A stretch of DNA of 63,369 nt, filler included, from Trichosphaerium sp. ATCC 40318 (Eukaryota; Protista; Tubulinea): assembly GCA_038496445.1 (NCBI GenBank). It is 4 parts of 4 records of this genome, joined end to end, with 100 filler letters (N's around TTAATTAATTAA, not from the genome) between each part and the next. Parts side by side here need not be neighbours in the genome. Positions count along the whole stretch, not along the records: positions 35,209 to 58,338 come from JALMLS010000254.1; positions 58,439 to 63,369 come from JALMLS010000139.1; 2 more parts are not named here. One strand, 5' to 3'. This document shows, piece by piece, positions 49,075 through 60,468 of this stretch. The notes beneath the pieces were generated by a model. The model had not been told where the DNA came from, ran no database searches, and worked only from the letters and a program-made list of their open reading frames with translations. How positions within the stretch are numbered: position 1 is the first letter of the stretch; each line of letters starts with the position of its first letter. Made by a program: the position numbers and the translations under genes.

Positions 49075-50480
49075 TTATCCAAGTAACCAACCCATACTAG
49101 TGCTTTTAGGAGCAACTTTTATTTGGCTTGGTTGATTCCAGCTTAAGTAGTATCCAATCTGTGCTTCTTTGATATCAGTAGATTTAGAAAAAGCATCAAT
49201 TTTCCAAAGACGTTCAATGTACGCCCTGATGTTTGGATACTCATGAATGTGCTTTTCGTTAAGCTTGTATAATCCATAATAAACAGAGTCGAACCGAATC
49301 ACGTGTACGAAAACATAGACATCAGCAAGAGTGAGTTTGTCGCCGAACACATATTTTCTTCCGTCAGAAAATCGCTTGTCCAAGTCTTCAAGAGCTTTAA
49401 AGACAGAGTCATAGTACTTACTGTATACGTCCTTATCTTTAGCGAAACCAGCACGATATATAGCGGATACGAAGGTACTTCCGATATTGTCGTTGAAAGC
49501 GTCAATGTCCTTACGCTGGGATTCAGGGTATAAGTCAAGTTCTGGGGCTTTTGAAACGTCATTAAAGCTACTGTTTAGCATTCGTATTATTTCAGCTGAT
49601 TCTGTATTTACGACTTTGTTAAGCTTCTTATCGTAGAATACGGGTACAGAAAATCGCGATGGAGGATTATCAGTACCAAGCTGTGAACTTTGTTAGCATA
49701 AACATACCTTCAGAAAATATACTTACTCGGTAAATATCAGGTACAGTCTTGGTGTCTTTCACTGGATTAGGTTCTCCATCCTTCGCTACATGTGGTGTAA
49801 GTGTTTATGTAGCTGTGGGGCGAAAGTTTAAGTCTTACCAGCGTAGACATTGTCTAGTTTCCATCCCGTCTCAGATTGAATAGAGCAAGCTATAGTTAAC
49901 CCAATGCTATCTTCTAAGCCTTTCAGTCTTCTCACAATTTCTGTTCTATCAATGCAAATAAGCACAACAGTGTCAAGCGCAAAGTTAAAGGCAAAGAGAA
50001 AAAAAAACAAAAGCAACAAATGCCTATAATCTCGCTAATACTTCAAAAAGGAAAAGCACGTGATAGCGGATAAATTTGCGGTAAATTTTTCACTATGAAT
50101 TTCTAACGGTGCTTGTTTATACACCTTGCAAACTATGGATTGACAACCAGACGAACACAAAAGGTGTGAATGATTTCGGAATAATTTAAAGGCAAAAAAG
50201 GAAAGACACCCGAGGGTAGCTTGAAGAAGCGTAGATACCCTTATGGTCAATAGTAATACGTGCCTGTGTGCGAATGGGCATAGTTTTGCTGTAAATAAAT
50301 GATAGCGACCAGCTTCTGGTTGGTGTGGTCCTTCTTTTGTTATTTCGTTTTGTACGCCAACTGTAGTCACATGACACGTTTTAAAGTCGTCTCTAAAGGC
50401 GAGTTAATGTTGGAAAGTCAAAGAGCATAAATGCGCTAGAAACATGATAAAGCTCACCCTTTAGTTGATTTAGATGCCAT
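49075..50480 (-). CDS. Glutathionyl-hydroquinone reductase (GST Xi/omega class, YqjG/ECM4-like)
   Basis: GRYHLF..LCPFAHR, SVPVFYDK..VNTESAEIIRML, TLADV..F.H.IRFD.VY. Confidence 0.92.
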
Positions 50481-50547
50481 AGTGTAACGTTGGATTGATT
50501 GTGGTGAGTTTGATGTGAATTAACGTCAATTCTGGTCAAAACGTGAG

Positions 50548-51862
50548 ATGGCGTCAAAAAAGGGGGCGAATAGGCGGAAAATACTATTTTGTGGCCTAGG
50601 TGGCGGTTTGGACATTGTTAATGCCAGTCTCCTTTATTTTATGGCAAAACGCGAGGGTACACATGACGTCGCTATAGGAAGTAGTAGACCATGTACTGTT
50701 GACAAAATGACTAAACACAAAAAATTTCACCAATTTGGCACAGTAATTAACCCAGAGACCGTTATAAATTACCCCGGAAGGTACCATGACGCAATACATA
50801 AGTTAAACCAATCAATCGCCTTCAGTGACTTTTTTTTTGACATTTTCACTGATCTTGCTGAAACGGGCTAGATACGCAGAACCAAAGATCTCAAAGGCCC
50901 TAAATGAAGATGTTATATATTATGCAAGATGGAAAGATGAAAACTCTAGGTTCTACGAACCAAGAAACCTCAAAAATGCCGTTTCAACATCATTTAAAAA
51001 ATTTGGTTTATCAAACATTATATTCGTTGTACGTCACAGCCTACCCTTTAAAAGCGTTAATAACAGGACCTCTCAAAAATTAAAAATACTCACAGATACT
51101 AGGATGGTGGTGGAGACTCTCTAATCCTCCAAAAGTCAGACTGGACGTCGCCAAAAACTGATCCTTTTAAAGGAGGAGATGCACAAGTTTTATCATCGAT
51201 AAAGTCCGTAAAAAACGTATACCACGTATGTACACAATGTCTTATGAGTTGATTGAACTCCCATGAGTTGTTTTAGTAAGCTTAGCTCTTGTTTTAGGCT
51301 GTCATCTCAGTTGGCTTAGACATTCTCGAAGAAGCTTTTCAAAAAAATGTTGACATGCTTAGAAATGCAGGCGGTTTTTATGGCTGTATTAATCTCAAGA
51401 CAGGTAAGATCAATACTCTATAGATCACAAGTTGTACTAATATTGTTCGCATTGTAAAAAGGTGAAAAGAAAGAGTGGAAGTTAGAACACTTGCTTGCTT
51501 TTAATGATACTTCATTTCTTGAAGATTATTTCGCTTTTGCAGAAAAGGTTCTTGTGATCAAACCTGAAGATCAAAAAGACAAATCCAAGACAAAGTCGCA
51601 TACAGCTGTTACTACATATCATGCACTAAAGGTGAGAAATTATTATACATTTAACTTTGTGTCAACGCTTTATTTTTATCTTTATTTATCAGCTTTTCCT
51701 GTTTTTTTCTCACTTGCGCCCCAGGGTAATTATGGTCCACAACCCACCTATGTGCAGTGGTGTCCAAAAGGAGGCGTACAAGTTAAACCAGAGCATTGTT
51801 GGATGTACTTTTTTAATCCAAAAATCGTTGAACAAGTAAAGTACCAGCTACGACAGAAATAA
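50548..51862 (+). CDS. DUF1152-like protein, multi-exon
   Basis: GLGGGLDIVNA and V-DGGGDSLIL motifs, with coherent exons. Confidence 0.7.
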
Positions 51863-52619
51863 TCTGCGTTTGCATCACAACCACTTGTCAGACTCAATAT
51901 CTTTACAGTTGCATATCTATTCTATAGATGGTCGGTCTATAAAATCATCAAAAAAGTAACTTATATATGAGAGGCCACTGTAATGCTTGAAGAACTTACT
52001 TGGTACCAAAAAAAACAGAATTCAAAAAAACCAGCGGCCTCACCTAGCTTTTGGTTTGATTGTATTGCGGATTTTTTACCCCTGATGCAAAGCACAGACG
52101 AAATGACAGTGTACAAAGTAAAATGAGCTTATTTCGTCGCCGTATCAACAGGACAACATGTCCCCAAGGCATCAAACTTGAAACTGTTTGCAATACGTCA
52201 TTTGTTGTCAAAACTGTTGGTAAACCTCAAACCAAGTTAGGTTGGTGTTATCAACTGTCATTCTCGCAACAACAAAAAATTAGCTTTCAAGGCGCTAAAT
52301 ATCAGCGAAATAAAATTCAATACACGTGCATTTGACTAAAAAATGACCACAACATTTTTTTATTTATTCGAAGAAGCAGAGCTAGCCATGATTCATATAA
52401 ATTTTTAGCCTTAGTAAACGCATTTTAACCAGGATAAGCAGTGATTATTGAGTATGGTACGCAAACCTCGTAAATAGCTGCAGCTCCCTTGTAACGCTCA
52501 TAAGTGAAATCAAGGCGCATTGCGGTTTTTTAATTGCTTTTTTATTCATGAATATGACTTATTGGTTTGTTTTAAAGTCTGGTACTAAGAGTATAAACAA
52601 ATATGGTATAGCGGGGTCT

Positions 52620-53632
52620 TTGAGTTTACTGGATATTCCACGTGAACTTCAAACATATATTTGTACTTTCAATGCGGATTCTCAAAATTACATCAAAGAG
52701 AGCAGCAATTAATACTCATTTTGATGAAATGTTACAAAAGAAAGGAATATGGATACAATGGTATGAAAGTGGAGAGGTTGCACAACATGTAAGTTCTGCT
52801 AGTTTTTGCGAGTTCTGTCAGATTTTGTCAGTTTTGATAGATCTTGCAAGAACTGACAGGTTTGATACCAACTTGTGGAACCAGTGCAATGTGAACGCAT
52901 CACATTCTACAACTCCAGTCAAGGTACCGTGCTTGCCGTCCTTATGCACATTAAGGCAAGATGAAAAAGCACTGTGTCAAAGTCACATCATCTAACAAGA
53001 CGATCGCAGTATTTTTCTTAGGTGCGCTCAGTACTGCTCACCCCAAGGAGCTACAAAAACAGGTACAAATTAATAATGCTTTTTTACATTAACTTTCTAG
53101 CATCAGGCGCGAATGCTGGCACATTCAGGCGTAAAGAGGAGTATTAACTGCGAGAAAACGTTAAAACCTCAAAGAAAATTACAAGCGCTTCCAAAGTATC
53201 TTGCTGAGCGTACGGTATTAACATAGCGTAATAATCTGTTTTAGAGTATAGGAGACAACTGTTGGACCTCAGGTAGTCAGAGACGTTAACAGGACTACCT
53301 AATGTACCAAATAAAATAATGGTTAAAAACACGTGGTAGCAATAATATGTATGCGTTTAGACGTAGATTTAGTTTGTACCAGAACTGACAAGATCCGTCA
53401 GATCTTGTAGTATTTGACAGATCTTGCAAGAACTAACAAGATCTTGTAAGAACTAACAGAAGTTGCAAGATCTGTCAGATCTGACTAAACACGAAAACCA
53501 AAAGTCACAAACAGCAAAAAGTTGCAAAGATTAGCAAACTTGAATGATACAGACAATACGCTGATGGTAAAAAACATGGTGAACATAAAGAGTGGTATGA
53601 AAATGGACAACTTCAGTCACAAGGTATGTAGG
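52620..53632 (+). pseudogene. F-box-like/MORN_2 pseudogene interrupted by an insertion
   Basis: LLDIPRELQ..KGIWIQWYESGEVAQH, then the insert, then QYADGKKHGEHKEWYENGQLQSQGM*. Confidence 0.75.
52789..53550. mobile_element. Insertion with subterminal gatcttgcaagaactgacag arrays (putative non-autonomous transposon)
   Basis: Interrupts a MORN repeat, has the same motif at both ends, and has imperfect inverted ends. Confidence 0.6.
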
Positions 53633-54228
53633 TTGATGATATACAACACAAAACCAATATGGAAAGAAAATGGACAACTTGAGAAAGATTGAAGGAAAAT
53701 TACAACAAGTTTAGATTGTATTTTAACACTGCACTTTCCTCTTGTACATAGTAGATAAATAACAACCTATATTTCGTGTTGGTTTTAAGTGCTACCTGTA
53801 AGCTTGAGAGGTCATACCATCTTTGTAGTTCTCACATGACTTTCAACGGTTTTTTGTATGTTTGGAAGTACTTTATGTCTTGTGAAATGACATTCATCAC
53901 AGTCAGTTAAACCAATTAATTAGACAACATACGTGTATTTTAATAGTTGATTTGTGGCTTAGGAGGCATGTCCCTTCTTTTATTAGTTAGGCTATGCAGT
54001 CCTCTATTTAGATTATGTCCAATTATTTTCTGATTGTAGACCATTGGTAGCGCACTTTTCACAATCACGTGTTTTAGAAAATTACCATTCTGTTAACAGT
54101 AATTTATACACAAACCAGCCGTAAATCCTTTTCAGTGAGGGCCATTTGGCCTAATTACTGTTACAATAATGCCTCAACAGTAGGCCCTCTAATTTAGGTC
54201 GCTCACTCTAGGGCTCGACCCTTTTTTT

Positions 54229-54504
54229 GCCCCCTTACTTAACACACCTAGTGCCCATTAGTGAAACTTTGTGAAAAATGTACAATAATAAAACTGTAAC
54301 AAGTGGTAAAGAACCAGGTTTGTGTGGTCACAAGGTAGAAATCTTTGGTACCAGCTCAAAGATTTCCCAAAAAACTCAGGTTATTTGCAGCTTGCTTGAG
54401 CTTCGCTGTTGCCTTAAGGTGCTCTAGTACGCTGCCAATGGTAAGTAATAATGATAATTAGTGCATTAACTGAGCACCTTAATAGTAAGATTACCCCAGT
54501 AAGA
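54229..54504. repeat. ~280-bp dispersed repeat, copy 2
   Basis: Aligns with 30960-31240. Confidence 0.9.
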
Positions 54505-54699
54505 CATATTGTGAATATGAAAATAGATATTTTATGTGAACTGCAAGCCCTTAGATGATCTAATACGCTGCCAATAGTAGATATACATAGTACTGTTAAA
54601 TACCTCTTTAAGGGTCTGTCTTTTTTTATTTCTCTTTGTTGTATACCAAGGTCTGTAAAAGATCATGAATGTGACCCGAAATGAAATAATCTTTAAAAG

Positions 54700-55596
54700 G
54701 TGTTCTTGAGTCGCGTATAACATAATCAACATCAACATGAGACTATATTCAGCTTAGTCACCTTGTATTTTATACTAATAACGAACCTGTTTTATGTTAA
54801 GAGTATCTCCATATTGGTACCATACATCGCTACCTAATGGGTATTTTATACCCACTTTGAGGTTAACAAGCTTTTGAAATTCTTTCTTTGTTGACTTCAC
54901 CAAAATTGTTAAAAGTGAGTCGTATCCATTTATTGCTGCCCATACAAACGCTCTAGTATGCTTTCCTCCAGATAATATACCTACATGATCTACATTAACC
55001 ACTTGAACAAGTTAAAACCTCAGAGGTGAAACGTACCAGAGACGAAGTTATGAAGGATGAATTGTTGACCTTTAAAACCCTTGTCTTTGCGATAGTACTC
55101 ACAAAATTTGTCACCACGTGCTATTATATTAAGTTTTAATAAACACACGACCTATAGATTGTACTTACTGACATACTTGACCAAAAGAGCAAGACCAACC
55201 CTGTTAGAAAAAAGTCAAAAAAAAACATTCATGTTTTACAAAAAACTCCAACTTTCCTTGCTTTGAAGTGGTAAGACTGTTCCTCTGAACTTCTCTTCTC
55301 TCTGATGAAGTAGTAGCGTGATAAAGGCGATCTCTCAGTGCTACTAGTAGATCCTCCAAAAGATTTCTAGGAAAGAAAATAAGCTGCTCTGTTTTCAAAT
55401 AAAATGTTATTGCGCTTCCAAAAGCACGACGTACGTTAAAACTATACTTCCAAATATCGTCTGACGTTAATATACCGTTCCATGCTTTCGAAACAATGAT
55501 ACAAGAGCATAGAGAGTCTACAAGTAACTGTTTAAAACACATATGATGTATTTCGCTAGGTAAATCATTAAAACAAAGTGCAGCTGTTATTGACAT
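54700..55596 (-). CDS. F-box protein, multi-exon, possible ankyrin-like segment
   Basis: FNDLPSEIHHMCFKQL..LCSCIIVSKAWNGILTSDDIWK, and AFVWAAINGYDSLLTIL. Confidence 0.75.
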
Positions 55597-56180
55597 TGTT
55601 GCTAATGCGTTTTGGTTTTAAGTCAAACCAGAAAGTTTAAGTAGAGACGAAAAAGGAAATTTGAAAAAAAGTGTCAACAAGTGCCGTTGAATGACCTGAA
55701 CATTTGGGGTAATAGCGTATGTTACATGGTTGAGAAAAAAGTACGATGAATCACACGTATCAATCTCAAAAAACCCTCAAAGAATGAGGCCGCTGTGAAA
55801 AAACTTGGTTTTTTTTTGAAATTTTTGTTTATTAACCAATATTTACACTCGAATAGGAAAGAGAGTGAGACACCACGTTTACTTTTTTTCAAATAAAAAT
55901 AACATGGAGAAACTCCTTGTGTTTCACCTATCTTACAAAGGTGCAGAAAAATCACATTGAGATCCTTTGGTTTCATCGGAAACAAGAAGCTAAAAAACAA
56001 CAATAAGTCAAAAATAGGCAAAAAAAAAAAAAAGAAAAAGAAAGCTCCCACGTGTTTCAAATGAAATAAAACTCTTATTTACAAAAACTCTAATAATGGG
56101 AGGCTCTTTAGACATATTAAAATATATGAATAGTACGGCATGTCAAATGAAAAAACATGCAAAAAAAAAAACAGAAAAAA

Positions 56181-58338
56181 TCATGAGTAAAAAAAATTCA
56201 ACTTTCTATCGATCTTGTCTTGTCTTATCTTTCGTACATTTTTGGCTTTTTCTTCTTCACCAGCATCTAGAGCCTTTTTCTTTTCCTCTCTCTCTTGCCA
56301 GTAATTATTTTTATAGATATAGGTCCATCCAGCAGGTTCATTAACATCATCTATTTTTTCAAACCATTTTGGTACCCATGGCTTATCACCACGCTTAGTA
56401 GCATTATCTCTTTGTCTTTGCTCAACCTTTAGCTTGAGTGCAGTAGCCTCTTCGATTTTTTCTTGTTCGAGTAGAATACGGTCAGGACGAAGTCTAGAGT
56501 CGGTAGGAGGTAAAAGTTTTTCATAAGCTTCATCTCTATCTAAAAGAAAAACGTGTAAGCACAATAACAAAAAAAAAAAGCGAGTCTCCCATGACGTACC
56601 ACTAAGTGTTTTTGCATATTGAGTCATATTATGTTTATCACCAGTATACCATTTCTAAAATAATCTATTAATATCATATTTTGTTCACATGACTCGGAGA
56701 TAAAAATACTTTTTGAAAATTTTTAGTCGAAAGGGCTCAGGCCGTTTTTATCATCAAAGAGAGTGCTACAAGGTAAAACACCAAGAGCTCTCGATATGAC
56801 TCGTCATGTTGTAACCATCATAACGCCCAACCATATTTTTTTTTTACACGTCAAGTTTGAGTTAAAACCAAAAAAAAAAATCTTGGCTGAAATGTTTAGA
56901 GTGACGTACTTCAGGTACACGCCATAATTCAATTTCTTCACCAGCTTTGTGGCTAGAACTATCTACGAGCCATTTTGCTTTGATGAAGGTGTTCCATTTA
57001 CCAGTAAGCTCAATTCTATAAACGAATTAGTAAAGACAATCAGAAAACGTAAAAACAAAAGCCAGGGGCAAGATCAAAGCAATCTGCTGTTATAACATAC
57101 AATTTCTCGCCCTTGGAGTTGGTAATGTATCCTTTGATATCATATATAGCGCTGAACAAGTTTGTCCAACCACATTTTTGGAAGGTAACAGAGCAAGACT
57201 CTTTTGTTTTCAAGTTAATGATTTTCAATTCACCAAAATGCTCCAACCATGTTTGGCCGACAATAATGCTTTGAACACGAGTGCTAGTAATAAGTATAAG
57301 TACCACATAGAAGGGGAAGGAAATCAAAGGTCATATAGCGAAGATAGGACATAATTAATCCAATTTTTTCTCAAATGCTATAAAACACGTACCTTGGTGT
57401 TCTGAACCAGTAATGCTCATCCTTTGCTGGGAAAACAAGATGAGAACTTGCTCTATAAGTGCATCAGTGATGATATGTCGGAGTAAGGAGACTAGGTTAT
57501 GAAGCCTTATATTGCCAAAAGGCACTAGTAACGTACTTGGTATCAATGTCCAATGCGTTACCCAAAAAGCGAGTTTCGAGACGACTTACTTGCCAAAATT
57601 TCCACGTATCAGCTTCTACGTGGTTCGCTGTTATTGGAGGGTGGTGACTGACCTATTCTAGTGATTAGAATTCGAATGTACGCACATCTTAAAACAAGAA
57701 TTCACCATCATAAAATGGGGTAACGTGCCTGCTCAGCGAGGAATTTGCAACCATTGCTTGATACATGCTCGTAAGTCTCACCAAGTACTGGGTTGAAATT
57801 TGTGTCTTAAAAGATATTAGATTCATTGTTTAAACTCGTTTTAACGCTTTTTAGCGTTTGGGTAACGACTACGTGTTTCGAAAATATTTATGCGTACAAT
57901 AACGCTCTGTACTGGCAACACCAGACACAGCAAATGCACACACATACGCCAATCTATCCATGGAATCGACTTGTTTTTCAGCGTCGTGTAGCAATTTACA
58001 GAAAGCCATTGTTTCTGCTGACCTCTGTAGTACAGTGAGAGACTCATAGTACTGACAAGGTAGCGATAGGCCAGCTCTTATTAGATCAACGCCTAATTTT
58101 CCTGGGGACACTGTAAGGCAAAGAACGGCGCAAAAAAAACAAATAATTGCAAAAGTGGCCGGAAAAGGATTAATGAGCGCGTTTAACGCGTCCCAACAAA
58201 TGTTACAAGTTAAATACCGTAAGTGAGGTTCCACAGCGTAGCAGCCCATGTATCTGCCTCGTCTGGTTTATCCGGCATTTCTGCTTTCTCCTCTTTTTGA
58301 GCACTTTGCTCGGTACCACCCCAAACCCAACCGGAAAC
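56181..58338 (-). CDS. Oxysterol-binding protein (OSBP/ORP family), 5'-truncated by the gap
   Basis: FNPVLGETYE, EQ-VSHHPP, LPPTDSRLRPDR, K.KVEQRQR, WVPKWF. Confidence 0.95.
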
Positions 58339-58438
58339 NNNNNNNNNNNNNNNNNNNNNNNNNNNNNNNNNNNNNNNNNNNNTTAATTAATTAANNNNNN
58401 NNNNNNNNNNNNNNNNNNNNNNNNNNNNNNNNNNNNNN
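58339..58438. other. Artificial contig spacer
   Basis: N run with TTAATTAATTAA. Confidence 0.98.
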
Positions 58439-59532
58439 CAATTCCATCTTGTCCAAGATATTTCTAGTGTTTACTGATCTGACATCCATAAAACACACAA
58501 TATGGGACATTTCATCAGCTTTTGGTTCAATATCCCCAGGAAGTAGTAGGTCTTCTACTTTCATGCCATCTTTAGCTGCTGTATGATTTAAAGCTTCTAA
58601 ATCCTTTTTATCAATCAAACACAGATTCATTGACTCATGTGCTTTAGTGCAACTAATATAGAAGTAAGTACAATATCAAAGAGTAAACGAAAATATACAC
58701 ATGCGGTCGGCATGTTCGTTCGGACGTACGACATGAATTCATCAAAATCAGCAGCTTGCTGAAAGGATAGCGAGTTTCTGGCATACACCATCAACAGTGC
58801 AGCATAGTATTCAGAATCTGTCAGATTTAATGCTGTGGCCTCATACAATTGCTCTGTCCAAATAACAATCTGCCAATATAATATTCTTTCCACACAAGTA
58901 TTGTACCAAGTCTGTTTGTCCATTTCTCCATCATAAGCCATAGGCTCCCACCACTCAGAAGGAGCTTCATTAAAAGTATGTATCACTTTGTTTAAGAATG
59001 TTGCCAAAGAGTCTTTGGTATCAAAGTGAGGAAATCTTATCTAAAAAAAACAAACAATGTCAGCATCAACAATTCTGATAAATAAGTAGACTAAAAAGGC
59101 ATGTGTGCTAACCTTCCGAGCTCAGAACGCTACCGGACAAGAAAACGTGTGTAAATATACGTTTCGAGCTCAGAACGTGTGTTTACATGCATGGACCTGT
59201 TCGGATTACGTTCCTAGCTCAAAACGCTATCATAAAAGAAAAATGCATGTTAACATTGATCCCGAGCTCGGACCGCTATCACACAAGAAAAACGCGTGTA
59301 AAGTATAGGTTCCGAGACTGGGATCCTACGTGACAAGTGTGTGTTTATGAAAGGAAAAATACATACCTTGAACAAATTTGATAGCTGCTCTGGATCATTC
59401 AAATCACATGCTGCAGCCAATGTATTTGTAAAACTGAGTGAAAAACTATTGCTCAAAATATTTTCCAATTGCTCTAAAGGCATACTTCTGACATGTACTT
59501 GGGTAATATCTTTGTTTGGTAAAATTGCCTCT
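58439..59532 (-). CDS. Unknown multi-exon protein, paralog of 24698-27720 (partial)
   Basis: IRFPHF/ERFPF, WWEPM/WWKPM, RILYWQIVIWT/RQLYWQVLLWT, TDSEYY/TDSWYY, MSHIVCFMDVRSVNTRNILDKM/MSHIACFLNVRGVNPRNIIQKM, with the same intron positions. Confidence 0.75.
59110..59300. repeat. ~49-bp degenerate tandem repeat with (G)AGCTC core, intronic
   Basis: Cores at 59118, 59166, ~59215 and 59264. Confidence 0.75.
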
Positions 59533-59702
59533 CTAAATACATGTAAATAAAACATTGAAAGGAACAAAAGTATATCAGTAAGTATCACATGGTAAAGTTA
59601 CACCAACTCTTATTTTTTTGAATAGTTTTGCAAAGCAATAACACATGGTTTATACCCTACAACATCACAAAACTATTTTTTTGTCAGGTATAACCTTTGC
59701 AG

Positions 59703-60468
59703 AAAGTTTACAGTACAAGCTTTAACAGAGCTGAAAAATCTTGGGTGGACCCACATGATAGATGATGAAACCCCTGTTGATATTGAAGATGAATGGTCTT
59801 TGTCTGAATATGCAGCAGAATTGTCTGATGGCATATTAAAGCAATTGTTGGTATATGATCCAAAGCTATTGTTCACACCAAAGAAGACTAGTGATGCAGT
59901 GTACTATGATTTTAATATCAAGGGCTCCTTGGACAAATTGCAGTTTTCACACACTGCAATGGAGGCTATGATATGTGCAGACTCTAACTTGGTTAAAGCT
60001 AACAGTAAGTGATGGTTTTTATTTCATTCGACTAAGTAGCGCCGTTCGCGCACACACGATCGTTTGTAATGACTCGTTTTCGACAGGGGATGCATTGGAG
60101 CAAAAAATGATTGAAAGTTATAGCCATTTCAAAGAGGTTAAAAGTGGCAACACTAAAAATGCCAGAAGCCACAAAAACAAAAAAACAGGAGAAACAGATG
60201 TAGAAGATTTAACCAAAGCAAAGCCAACAACAAAATCTCCAAGAAGAAGGAAAAGCAAAAGAAGTAACATTAATATTGCTACATTGACAGTTGGTGGTGC
60301 CAATAAAACCTTTGTCGGTCCGCCGGGTACACGCGCATGGCTGTTAGCCACCCGATTGTATCTAGTTGTCCCACTAACTTTGTTTATTCTAGCACCTTTG
60401 GCAACCATTCAGGCTTCCTCTAATGTTGGTGGTGCTTCAGTTGTTTCAAATACCACTGACACCAACAA
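59703..60468 (+). CDS. Unknown multi-exon protein fragment, truncated by a transposon at 60469
   Basis: ORFs 59755-60012 and 59975-60502 are linked by a gtaagt...cgacag intron (60005-60086). Confidence 0.55.
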
